Assembly: GCA_965602015.1 (NCBI GenBank)
Contig: OZ271918.1
Coordinates: 1,248,001-1,312,000 of the forward strand
Reading direction: 5' to 3'
DNA length: 64,000 bases
DNA from: Salinispira sp.
GTDB lineage: Bacteria > Spirochaetota > Spirochaetia > DSM-27196 > Salinispiraceae
Below the pieces are notes generated by a model, which did no database searches, was not told where the DNA came from, and saw only the letters and a program-made list of their open reading frames with translations. The position numbers were made by a program, and so were the translations under genes. The first letter of the stretch is position 1. Every line of letters starts with the position of its first letter. Of this stretch, positions 9,981 through 19,300 are shown in pieces.

Positions 9981-11573
9981 TCAGGAATCTATTGAGAACA
10001 GTTCAACCTTTTGGCTGACCCCTTTGAGGGAATGTCCACCGATGGAAATAAGGGTGCGCTCTCCCGCGTATCGCCGGGCGGTTTCGGGCCCCAGAATAAC
10101 GTATCTCCCCAGTTCTTTTCCCGCGGCCTCCATTCTCTGGGCCAGGTTTACCGCATCACCAATAACCGTGTACTCCCGCCGGTCCGCTGAACCGATGCTG
10201 CCGGCCAGCACATCACCGCTGTTCACCCCGATTCGTGTCTCAAGGCGAACCCCGGCGAAATCCCGGGTACTGGCAATTTTGCTGATTTCCCATGCGGCGT
10301 CCACCGCCCGGCTCGGGTGAAGGGGGTCATCGAGGGGAGCTCCGAACACCGCCATGACCGCGTCGCCGATGTACTTGTTTACGCTTCCCCCGTGCCTGGC
10401 GATTACATCCACGATGGTTGAGAAGTATTCGTTGAGAATGGCAACTATGTTCTCCGGGGCACGCCCCTCGGAGAGCCGGGTATACCCGGCGATGTCGGTG
10501 AACATGACGGTGACGTTTCGAATGCTTCCCGTCTCCGCCGCGTCCTGTTGGCGCATCAGCAGCTCGGCGACATCCGGTGAAACATACCTGCCGAAAAGGC
10601 GGCTAATTTGATCCTTTTCTGCCAAGCCCCGGCTCATGGAGTTCATGGCCCGGCTAAGCAGCCCCAGTTCATCGGCGGTGCGGATGGGAATGCGGTGCTG
10701 GTATTCCCCCTGCTCGATCTTTCCGGCGGCAACTTCCATGGACCGCAGAGGGAAAACCAGGCCACCGTGAAACAACAGGCCGATGATCACCGAAGCCAAA
10801 AAGAGTATGGCGCCGAGAATGAGATACCCGGTCACCGGCGCGGCAATGCCGGCTTCGGTGAGTTTGATGCTGTGTATGTAGAGGGTATAGGTATAAAAGT
10901 AGATACTGAATCCCGCGGTTCCTGCAAGCAGAATAAAAATCCGGCTCTTGAGGGAGAGCGAAAAGATCCTGGCCTCCCTGTGAATGTCGGGTTCAGGGCC
11001 GGCAAGTGCGGGAACAAGATAGCTGCGGTTGAGATAGTCCATTATATAAAAGCCGAGAATATTGAGGAAAAAAGCGATAAACAGGGTAAAGCCCAGGGAA
11101 ATAAAAAAATCCGATGCGCTATAGGTCAAACCGAGGTAGGCAAAGGCATATATGTTTACCAAAAAAGCCACGAACCAGCCGAGGGTGATAAATATGGAGA
11201 CAAAAAAGGGGGAGTCGAAAAGGTAGAAATTCCGCCGTTCTTCGCTGGTGTTTTTTATCACATACATCATTCGCAATACAAAAATAACGATTAATGGGAG
11301 GGTAACCGCGAAGGGAATAATCCGGGTAAGGGTAACCGGATCGATTCCGTGTACCAAAAGGTTTTCGCCGGTTTCGATCATGGAGTACAGCGGGTCGACC
11401 TGCCCGAACCACAGGGCGTCGGCCACCGGGCTGATTAAAAAAAACGCCACGGGGTTTAGTCCCGAGGGCACCAGAAAGTAAATAAGCCACAAAAGGGCTA
11501 TACGCTGGTTCCACCCTCGTCCATTTATCTTGTCCAAACTGGATTTGTCATGTGCGCTCATACGTGTACTCAC
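9981..11573 (-). CDS. Membrane adenylate/guanylate cyclase with HAMP domain
   Basis: Multiple TM helices; HAMP; MFTDIAGYT, KYIGDAVMAVFG, YTVIGDAVNLAQR class III cyclase motifs. Confidence 0.92.
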   Translation of the reverse strand: MSTRMSAHDKSSLDKINGRGWNQRIALLWLIYFLVPSGLNPVAFFLISPVADALWFGQVDPLYSMIETGENLLVHGIDPVTLTRIIPFAVTLPLIVIFVLRMMYVIKNTSEERRNFYLFDSPFFVSIFITLGWFVAFLVNIYAFAYLGLTYSASDFFISLGFTLFIAFFLNILGFYIMDYLNRSYLVPALAGPEPDIHREARIFSLSLKSRIFILLAGTAGFSIYFYTYTLYIHSIKLTEAGIAAPVTGYLILGAILFLASVIIGLLFHGGLVFPLRSMEVAAGKIEQGEYQHRIPIRTADELGLLSRAMNSMSRGLAEKDQISRLFGRYVSPDVAELLMRQQDAAETGSIRNVTVMFTDIAGYTRLSEGRAPENIVAILNEYFSTIVDVIARHGGSVNKYIGDAVMAVFGAPLDDPLHPSRAVDAAWEISKIASTRDFAGVRLETRIGVNSGDVLAGSIGSADRREYTVIGDAVNLAQRMEAAGKELGRYVILGPETARRYAGERTLISIGGHSLKGVSQKVELFSIDS

Positions 11574-12898
11574 TTGTCCGTGGGATTAGCTCCTTCCACG
11601 CCCGGCACCCCAGGGTGGTTTTTTATCGGCACTGTCATGCTAATCGTGAGACCGCGGGGGAGGCGGGGCTCTGCGCTTATTGTGCCGGATAACTCATAGG
11701 AGACAATATTAAACACATTGTACAATCCGACGCCGAAGTGTCCAAGGTTCCGTTTTGTTGTGTAAAAGGGATCAAAAAAGTTGCGCACCGCCTCGGGGCT
11801 GATGAGCATTCCGTTATCATGATATTCAATCCTGAGGACTCCATCGGCCAGGGATACGTCGATTTCAATCTGATAGTCCTCTCTCCCCGCGGTAAAGCCG
11901 TATTCGAATGAATTGATCATCAGGCACTCGAAAATCTCTGTCCAGAGGGAAGCCGCCGAATGAATGGTAATGGTATCAGGTAGGCGCAAGGCCACCGGTT
12001 GGTCATTGAACTGCGATCTGATTTGGATAAATACCGTTTCTATCAGTGCGTTAAGATTCAAGTCACCGCTGGTAGGTACGCTTTCAGAGCGGGTTGCGGT
12101 TTTTAATGCATTGACCAACCGTTCAGTTCTCCCGATGCTCGATAGTATGAGGTCGGTATTATCCTTCATGCGCCCCAGCGCGGCATAAAACTTTTCCTGT
12201 GTCAGTTCTTTGGAGGCGATGGCGTCATGCAGCCCATCGATGAGGTTGAGAATGGTCGTCGCCAGGGTGATTTGGTTTCCCAGAGGCGTGTTAATTTCAT
12301 GGGCGACGGTGGAAATCATTTTCCCCAGGGATGCGAGCCGTTGAGTTGCCATGAGTTTGCGTTCGGCCTCATGCAGGTCAGCGAAGCTCCGCTCCAATTC
12401 TTCAGTCCTCCGCCGCACCTTCTGCTCAAGCTCCCGGTTGAGCTCAGTTATTTCCCGCTCAATGGCAACCCGGTGGGTAATATCCCGCAACATCAACACA
12501 AAAAACCGCCGCCTATCAAGGGTAATCTCGGTCAGACGATATTCAATCGTGCTTTCTGAATCCCCGGGGCTGATAACGTGAAATTCCTTTTGTTCTTTTT
12601 TGAGGGGAAAAACCAGCTCGGGAAACAGGTCAGCAAATGGCTTTCCCATCATGGCAGGCTCTGCAGCAGGATAATACCGGCTAACCCGGGCATTGATGTA
12701 GGTGAGAATATAGTCGGCATCAAAAATACAGATTCCTTCGGGGATTCGATCGATGATCTTTTGAAACTGCAGCAGCTCCATGTTCGTTTTGCGCAGGCTG
12801 GGGTAGTAATTTTTCCGTATGCTCGATTCACCGAGACCCATTATTTTGGACAGGTCGCGGTTCACGGGGTCCGGATTATCGGCTGAAGGCGATTTCAT
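11570..12898 (-). CDS. PAS-domain sensor histidine kinase (ErcS-like N-terminus)
   Basis: GLGESSIRKNYYPSL leader; PAS-like region; H-box AHEINTPLG; DNG, FFDPFYTTK, GVGL; start taken at MKSPS (12898), ORF extends to 12967. Confidence 0.85.
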   Translation of the reverse strand: MKSPSADNPDPVNRDLSKIMGLGESSIRKNYYPSLRKTNMELLQFQKIIDRIPEGICIFDADYILTYINARVSRYYPAAEPAMMGKPFADLFPELVFPLKKEQKEFHVISPGDSESTIEYRLTEITLDRRRFFVLMLRDITHRVAIEREITELNRELEQKVRRRTEELERSFADLHEAERKLMATQRLASLGKMISTVAHEINTPLGNQITLATTILNLIDGLHDAIASKELTQEKFYAALGRMKDNTDLILSSIGRTERLVNALKTATRSESVPTSGDLNLNALIETVFIQIRSQFNDQPVALRLPDTITIHSAASLWTEIFECLMINSFEYGFTAGREDYQIEIDVSLADGVLRIEYHDNGMLISPEAVRNFFDPFYTTKRNLGHFGVGLYNVFNIVSYELSGTISAEPRLPRGLTISMTVPIKNHPGVPGVEGANPTDK

Positions 12899-14000
12899 AC
12901 AGCTCCCGGATTTCTTCAGATCCCGGTTCTCGGGGATTGGTAATGGTACAGGCGTCATTGAGGGCATTTTCGCTCAAAATCCCAAGCTCTGCTTCGGAGA
13001 GGGAAATATCCTGAGGGGGGACATGGTCCCTCAGGTTATCAATAAAATTGCTCAAGCCCTCAATGAACCCGAGGTCGCCGAACAGGCTGCCGATCTTTTC
13101 ATAGCGCTCGCTGCAGTGCGGATAATTGTATCTGCACACCGCCAAAAGCAGGGCCTCATTGCATTCGCCGTGGGGGTGATTGAGCAAACCGCCCAGGGCA
13201 TGGGCCATGGAGTGAACGAGTCCTAAACTGGCGTTGGAAAACGCAAGGCCGGCGTGCAATGAGGCATTCATCAGTTCATAGCGATGAGAGGTATCGGAAA
13301 TATGGGCTATTGCCATTGGCAGTTTTTCAGCAACTATCCTAATTGACTCCAGAGCATGAATGTCGGTAATGGGTGAGCTCGCCTTTGATACGTAGGCTTC
13401 GATACTGTGAGTCAGGGTATCCATAGAAATGGCGTACAACTGACGCGTGCTCAAACTGTCCAGGGTCTTTGGATCGACCAGGGCGACATCGGGAACCGCC
13501 GCCTTGGAGACAATGGCGATTTTCCTCCGCTCATTCTCATCGGTAATAATCGCGAATTGGCTCACGTCCGCCGAGCTGCCGCAGGTGGTGGGAATGCACA
13601 CCAGGGGGGGCATGGGCGCGTCTATTTTGTCTATGCCCTCATAGTCCAAAATATGTCCGCCGTTACTGGCGATAATGCCGATGCCCTTGGCAGCGTCGAT
13701 TACCGACCCTCCGCCGATGGCCACAATGATATCCGAGTCCGACCTGCGATATGCCTCGACCCCTGCGTGAACCTGCCCGGTTGTGGGGTTCGGCAGCACC
13801 CGGGAGTACACTGCCACCTGCAATCCGCTAGCGGTCAATAGTTCTTCTATTTCTCCGGCCCAACCGAGTTTGAGAAGCTGTTCATCGGTTACCAAGAGTA
13901 CCCGCTCGCCGCCGAGGTTTGATGCATAGCGCCCCGCCAGGAGCCTGGAATCGATGCCGCTGACGATCTCGGGCGCAAGGAATTTTCTCATATCATGCAT
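12876..14000 (-). CDS. Iron-containing alcohol dehydrogenase family protein (ErcA-like)
   Basis: MRKFLAPEIV start; IGGGSVIDAAKG; IPTTCGSSADVSQFA; GLVHSMAHALGG...HGECN; start moved to ATG 14000. Confidence 0.88.
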   Translation of the reverse strand: MHDMRKFLAPEIVSGIDSRLLAGRYASNLGGERVLLVTDEQLLKLGWAGEIEELLTASGLQVAVYSRVLPNPTTGQVHAGVEAYRRSDSDIIVAIGGGSVIDAAKGIGIIASNGGHILDYEGIDKIDAPMPPLVCIPTTCGSSADVSQFAIITDENERRKIAIVSKAAVPDVALVDPKTLDSLSTRQLYAISMDTLTHSIEAYVSKASSPITDIHALESIRIVAEKLPMAIAHISDTSHRYELMNASLHAGLAFSNASLGLVHSMAHALGGLLNHPHGECNEALLLAVCRYNYPHCSERYEKIGSLFGDLGFIEGLSNFIDNLRDHVPPQDISLSEAELGILSENALNDACTITNPREPGSEEIRELYEIAFSR

Positions 14001-14139
14001 ACACGCATCACCCTCGTTCAAACCGATAGGTAACCAATGTGGGTTGCCCTTTTCATGGCTGTTTGTGAAAACCGGTACTGTTATAAGTATATGCAATTCC
14101 ATCAGGTTTGCGAGTCAAATGCCCGAAGCATTTTTATCT

Positions 14140-14217
14140 GCCGGGTATTGCCGCCTGTTTTTGCCGCCGGGTTTAGCCGCCGGGTTTAGCCGCCGGGTTT
14201 AGCCGCCCGGTTTTGCC
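14140..14217. repeat. 13-bp tandem repeat (GCCGCCGGGTTTA): three perfect copies plus degenerate flanking copies
   Basis: Read directly at 14163-14201, with degenerate units on both sides. Confidence 0.9.
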
Positions 14218-14224
14218 ATCAGGC

Positions 14225-16112
14225 TCAGCTGTCAAGTTGGCCACCCGTCTCGTCTGACGACGGATCAGCCTCATCCTCCAGGATGAAGCTGTCCAACTCC
14301 CTATCGAGCTGATCGCCGATTTACATGAGGCCTTTTGAAAGGTTTTCCAGCTGGGACATGGATTCGCGGATGCTCTTCATGCCGGAAGATATCTCTTCAA
14401 TTGAGCCCCTGGTCTCGGCAGAAAGCCGGGCTGAGGTGGTCATTGATTCGGCGATTCCCGAAACGGAATTCTTCATTTTGTCGGCCGATGACTCTACCAG
14501 ACCGGCGAAATCGCTTAAGCCACCTACCGATGTCAAAACTTGCCGGGTTACCCCTGAAAGGTCCATGCCGGCTTCCCGAATTGCCTTGAAGGCCGATTGC
14601 ACCTGGGAGACTACCGCCAGGATGCCGACGAAGGCTTCGCGGGTGTGGGCGCTGGACTCCCTGGTTCCCTCTATCTTGACCTTGATGCTCTTCAGGCGCT
14701 GGGAGATCCTCTTTGAACTGCCAGATGACGCCTCTGCAAGTTTTCGGATTTCATCGGCGACTACGCTGAATCCCCGCCCGGCTTCACCGGCGTGGGCTGC
14801 CTCGATGGCGGCGTTCATCGCCAACAGGTTCGTCTGATTGGCCAGTCCCTGAATAAATGCCGCCATCTCATTGATATCATCAAGAACCTCGCTGATGCCC
14901 TCTATTTCCGTCATGGTTACGGAAAAACGGCCTTCGCCTTCAGCTGTTTTTTCTGCCAGGTTTGCGGTGATTTTAGTGCTCGAATCGGTCAGCTCAGTCA
15001 CTTCGGATATCCGGTCTACCATGGCTTTGCGGCATCGACGGCGCCATTCGCGCTTGCGCTCTGCCGGGTCAGTTCATCACCGAGGCTGTTGAGTTCACGG
15101 GCAACAGTGCTTGTGGTTTCCGCGGTTTGACTGATATGCGTATCCATCTGGATGATCTTTTGAACCATCGATTGGCTGTTCGCTGCAATTTCTACGCTGG
15201 CGCTGCTGGTATCCGAAACCGCAGAACCCAAATCTTCCCGCAACAGGTGGCTTGAGTTTCTCGTATCTGCAATGTTCCTAAAACTGCCCGCAAGGGACCG
15301 GGTAAAGGTATCGAGCTGGGCTGACAGCCTGCCGATTTCGTCTGTGCCCTCCTGAGGAAATCGGACGCGCAGATCATTTGTCGACAGGGTGTGAATGCCG
15401 CCCAGCAGCTGAAAATCTGAGCGCTGAGCCGTCGGATTGTGAACCCGATAATGATTACCGTAAGGAGGATCATCACATTCACCACGCCGATGGATATCAG
15501 ATTGCTTCTGCGGGAAATGTTCTCGACCCGGTCTTGAATAATGCGCCGCTGATTCCCGAGGTTGTTCAACGAGGTCACGAGGATGTCGTCGAGAGTTATG
15601 CTCGAGCGTTGAAACTGGGCGACGGCGAACAGGAAGGGGTTGAACGCCGGATTGTCTCGAAGGACGAGACTGGTGTATCCCAAATACAGGCTGTCGAACT
15701 GCCGTCCGCCGGGCAAATCACTAAAGCGAGTGACGACTTCATTGTACGAAGCCTCGAATCGGGGATAGGTCGAGTCAAGAAGATTGGCCAGGTTTTGGAT
15801 ATTGCCCAAGGCCTCTTCAATGTTTTGGTCAAGGCCCGGCAGGATGCGCAGATTTTGAAGCTCTGCGAATCCCGCATCGAGGTCTTCTTTTGCGGCGATG
15901 AGATTCGGCTGTCCTTCATCGATTGGGCGGTAATCGAGGCTGGAGGCGCTTGCCCGCATGAGCGCCAGGGACTACTCCAGCTCCGAGAGAAGCGCAGCTT
16001 CGGTTTCAATGCGGGCAAGGCGGTTTTGGGTCAGGAGCAAGAGGCCAACGGAAAAGATCTGGGAGATAATAAAAATGACGGTTATGCTATACAGCCTGGC
16101 CTTGAAACTCAT
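14225..16112 (-). pseudogene. Methyl-accepting chemotaxis protein, disrupted
   Basis: Start MSFKARLY at 16112; in-frame TAG near 15973; frameshifts near 15412 (HAMP) and 15026; in-frame TAA at 14321 with read-through to TGA at 14225; signalling motif [35 protein letters not shown]. Confidence 0.88.
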
Positions 16113-16272
16113 CGGCTCTCCTCGTTTAGGGGCTCTGTTTCACATTATCCGTGTCGCCATACTTGTTCCGGAATGGAAGGTCAGCAAAGATTTCACTCAC
16201 AAAGTAAAATTTAGTCTGTTTCCATCGGTTTTACAAATTTGATGCGGGTCACAATCTTTGTATGACGGCGGG

Positions 16273-16425
16273 TTTACCGCGGATTTGCTGTCATTGGTTT
16301 TGGCTTGATGAAGCACTTCCGGAGGTATGGCTGATGCTATTGACTGCATCGCGCGGATGTTCGCGGAAGGGCAGGAGCAGCATTATTTAATACATCCGCG
16401 TTCATCCGCGAGAACCCGCGGCGAG
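16273..16425. repeat. ~150-bp inverted-repeat element, copy 1 (inner type A)
   Basis: Left ACCGCGGAT...GCGCGGATGTTCGCGGA; right ATCCGCGTTCATCCGCGAGAACCCGCGG. Confidence 0.85.
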
Positions 16426-16428
16426 ATT

Positions 16429-16953
16429 TCAAAGAAAGTTATAGAGCGTCGCGATGGTGACGATGGTGGTAAAGCCCAGCCCGAACATCCACATCAGCTG
16501 GTTAAAGCGTTTGTCGGTAGAACTTTGGTTCTCCTCGAAGCGCTTGTCTACAGCCTCGAAGCGTTTGTCTACAGCCTCGAAGCGCTTGTCTACAGCCTCG
16601 AAGCGCTTGTCTACAGCCTCGAAGCGCTTGTCCAAATACTGGATAAGGTCATCGAAGCGTTTATCACTGGCTTCAAAGCGTTTGTCCATGTGGTGAAGTG
16701 TTTGGTCGAAGCGCCGGTCCATTTCTTCAAAACGCAATGAATGTTCGCGCAACTGGCTCTTTATTTCGTTGGACTCGGCAAGCAATTCCTGGTGGCGTTT
16801 GTCCAGGATTTCCTGTCGGCGCTGGGCTTCTTCTTTTTTCTCCATGGCATTGGTGAGAAGGACGAAGCCCTGGTGGAGGCTGTCCCGGTCACCTGTGGAG
16901 CGCCAGTTTTCGAGTTGGTTTTCTACGATTGGAAGGATATCCGACATTTCCAT
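16429..16953 (-). CDS. Heptad/hendecad-repeat coiled-coil protein with C-terminal TM anchor, paralogue 1 (174 aa)
   Basis: DKRF-ended 7- and 11-aa repeats; terminal MWMFGLGFTTIVTIATLYNFL; AAGGAG RBS (second ATG, MSDIL, may be the start). Confidence 0.85.
   Translation of the reverse strand: MEMSDILPIVENQLENWRSTGDRDSLHQGFVLLTNAMEKKEEAQRRQEILDKRHQELLAESNEIKSQLREHSLRFEEMDRRFDQTLHHMDKRFEASDKRFDDLIQYLDKRFEAVDKRFEAVDKRFEAVDKRFEAVDKRFEENQSSTDKRFNQLMWMFGLGFTTIVTIATLYNFL
16533..16632. repeat. Intragenic 21-bp tandem repeat, ~4.7 copies (encodes EAVDKRF)
   Basis: CCTCGAAGCG(C/T)TTGTCTACAG repeated. Confidence 0.95.
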
Positions 16954-16962
16954 CTCCTTATA

Positions 16963-17004
16963 AAAATAGCCTGTTTGTACTGGTATTACAAGATTTTGCA
17001 GGCT
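16963..17004 (-). promoter_or_regulatory. Putative sigma-70 promoter with overlapping inverted repeat, conserved upstream of all three paralogues
   Basis: Minus strand TTGTAA-17 bp-TATTTT; AGCCTG...CAGGCT inverted repeat; near-identical blocks at about 17694-17735 and 18402-18443. Confidence 0.45.
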
Positions 17005-17029
17005 GGTGCTTCGAAAGGAAGGAGGTTGG

Positions 17030-17182
17030 TTTACCGCGGATCGGTCTCGGGTGGTGTCGACCCGGGCATGGTTCTGCCGGTGGCCTCGGGAGGATTGCGT
17101 GCTGCATTGCGCGGATGTTCGCGGAGAGGCTAGGAATAACTAATCCTTACATCCGTGTTCATCTGCGAAAATCCGCGGTGAA
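17030..17182. repeat. ~150-bp inverted-repeat element, copy 2 (inner type B)
   Basis: ACCGCGGAT at 17033; GCGCGGATGTTCGCGGA at 17109; right arm ending ATCCGCGGT at 17179. Confidence 0.85.
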
Positions 17183-17222
17183 CTCCATCCAATGGCATTA
17201 CAGGAAAATCCGCAGTTAAATA

Positions 17223-17684
17223 TCAAAGAAAATTATAGAGCGTCGCGATGGTGACGATTGTGGTAAAGCCCATGCCAAACATCCACATGAGCTGGTTGAA
17301 TCTTTTGTCGGTAGAGCTTTGATTTTCCTCAAAGCGCTTGTCCATATGATGGATGAGGTCATCGAAACGTTTATCACTGGCTTCGAATCGTTTGTCCATG
17401 GCTTCGAAGCGCTTGTCCATGTGATGAAGGGTTTCGTCAAAACGCCGGTCCATCTCTTCGAAACGTATTGAGTGTTCGCGAAGCTGGCTTTTTATTTCGT
17501 TGGACTCGGCTAAGAGTTCCTGATGGCGCTTATCGAGGATTTCCTGTCTGCGCTGCGCTTCTTCTTTTTTCTCCATGGCATTGGTGAGAAGGACAAAGCC
17601 CTGGTGGAGGCTGTTCCGGTCGCCTGTGGATCGCCAGTTTTCGAGTTGGTTTTCTACGATTGGAAGGATATCGGACATTTCCAT
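17223..17684 (-). CDS. Heptad/hendecad-repeat coiled-coil TM protein, paralogue 2 (153 aa)
   Basis: Near-identical to paralogue 1 with fewer heptads. Confidence 0.85.
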   Translation of the reverse strand: MEMSDILPIVENQLENWRSTGDRNSLHQGFVLLTNAMEKKEEAQRRQEILDKRHQELLAESNEIKSQLREHSIRFEEMDRRFDETLHHMDKRFEAMDKRFEASDKRFDDLIHHMDKRFEENQSSTDKRFNQLMWMFGMGFTTIVTIATLYNFL

Positions 17685-17759
17685 CTCCTTAATAAAATAG
17701 CCTGTTTGTACTGGTATTACAAGATTTTGCAGGCTGGTGCTTCGATTAGGAGGGGCGGG

Positions 17760-17911
17760 TTTACCGCGGATTTGCTGTCATTGGTTTTGGCTTGATGGGG
17801 GGCTTTCGGAGTTATTTGTGACGCCATTGGTTTATTCGCGCAGATGTTCGCGGAGAGGCTGGAAATAACTCATCCTTACATCCGTGTTCATCCGCGAAAA
17901 TCCGCGGTGAA
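17760..17911. repeat. ~150-bp inverted-repeat element, copy 3 (inner type A)
   Basis: ACCGCGGAT at 17763; right arm ATCCGTGTTCATCCGCGAAAATCCGCGGT ending 17908. Confidence 0.85.
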
Positions 17912-17951
17912 ATCCATCCAATGGCATTACAGGAAAATACGCGGTGAAAAT

Positions 17952-18392
17952 TCAAAGAAAGTTATAGAGCGTCGCGATGGTGACGATGGTGGTAAAGCCC
18001 AGGCCAAACATCCACATCAGCTGAGTAAATCGTTTGTCTGTAGAATTTTTATTATCTTCGAGGCGCTTGTCCATATGATAGATGAGGTCGTCGAAGCGTT
18101 TATCACTGGCTTCGAATCGTTGGTCCATGTGGCGGAGGGTTTCGTCGAACCTCCGGTCCATTTCCTGAAAGCGCAATGAGTGTTCCCGCTGTTGGGCTTT
18201 TATTTCGTTGGATTCGGCTAAGAGTTCCTGATGGCGTTTGTCCAGGATTTCCTGTCGTCGCTGGGCTTCTTCCTTTTTCTCCATGGCATTGGTGAGAAGG
18301 ACAAAGCCCTGGTGAAGACTGTCTTCGTCGTCGGTGGCTTTCCAGCGTTTGAAGTTCTGTTCCACGATTGGAAGGATATCTGACATTTCCAT
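17952..18392 (-). CDS. Heptad/hendecad-repeat coiled-coil TM protein, paralogue 3 (146 aa)
   Basis: Same N- and C-termini as the other two; most divergent copy. Confidence 0.85.
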   Translation of the reverse strand: MEMSDILPIVEQNFKRWKATDDEDSLHQGFVLLTNAMEKKEEAQRRQEILDKRHQELLAESNEIKAQQREHSLRFQEMDRRFDETLRHMDQRFEASDKRFDDLIYHMDKRLEDNKNSTDKRFTQLMWMFGLGFTTIVTIATLYNFL

Positions 18393-18467
18393 CTCCTAAT
18401 AAAAATAGCCTGTTTGCATTGGTATTACAAGATTTTCTAGGCTAGTGCTTCGAATTGAGGAGGTGGG

Positions 18468-18620
18468 TTTACCGCGGATCGGGCTCGGGTGGTGTCGATC
18501 CGGGCATGGTTCTGCCGGTGGCCGCGGGAGGATTATGTGCTGCATCGCGCGGATGTTCGCGGAGAGATAGGATTATATTTACTCATGACATCCGTGTGCA
18601 TCCGCGCGTATCCGCGGTAG
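18468..18620. repeat. ~150-bp inverted-repeat element, copy 4 (inner type B)
   Basis: ACCGCGGAT at 18471; right arm ATCCGTGTGCATCCGCGCGTATCCGCGGT ending 18618. Confidence 0.85.
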
Positions 18621-18920
18621 AAATAATGTATGAAAGATTGCGAGAATCCGAGGGGAAATTTGTTAATGAATTAATTCAGGATTCCGATTTGTATATAATA
18701 ATTTTTGCAAGAATGTAAAGAAAATTATCCTCTCGCATACTATCGCTCCCAATCTTCCTACATCTGTTGAGTGGAATATACGGCTTTTCTCTGCCTGTTC
18801 TTGGCATGGATATTGTTAAGGATAAATAGGGATGAATGGCAGGCGACAGTGAGCGGGCTGTGAAAAGGTAGAGGGTTCACCGCGCCATAGGTAGTACCGC
18901 TGGCATTTGCGTTGTTATGT

Positions 18921-19184
18921 AACCACGGATCAGCGCGGAATGGATAGATGGTCGGCAGCGGAAGCTACATAGTTTTTTCGTGGTACCGGGAGGACATGTG
19001 ATTTCTCCACGAGGCGGATAAAAGGACGAGGAAAAAAACATCAGTGAAAATCCGCGGTAAAAACCATCCGCGCGAATCCGCGCATATCCGCGGTAAAAAA
19101 ACCATCTATAAATACCTGCGCTAATCCGCGAATATCCGTGGTAAAGGTCCCATCCGTGAGTATCCGCGCATATCCGCGGTAAAA
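18921..19184. repeat. Degenerate left arm plus a cluster of four right arms of the same element
   Basis: AACCACGGATCAGCGCGGA at 18921; ATCCGCG-type units at 19040-19058, 19066-19094, 19114-19142, 19152-19180. Confidence 0.85.
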
Positions 19185-19300
19185 TTATCTGTCATGATGA
19201 TATACGATACTTAAAACAAAGATAAATTATTGGAGATTATGGTAGCGGTGCTGCACCGCTCATGGTACACTGCTGACAGGTAAAAACAGGAGTTTCTTCA

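Noticed and set aside
16273..19184. Repeat elements as a second CRISPR array or integron attC sites
   Set aside because: No constant direct repeat with equal-length unique spacers, no clear RYYYAAC/GTTRRRY ends, and no integrase in the window
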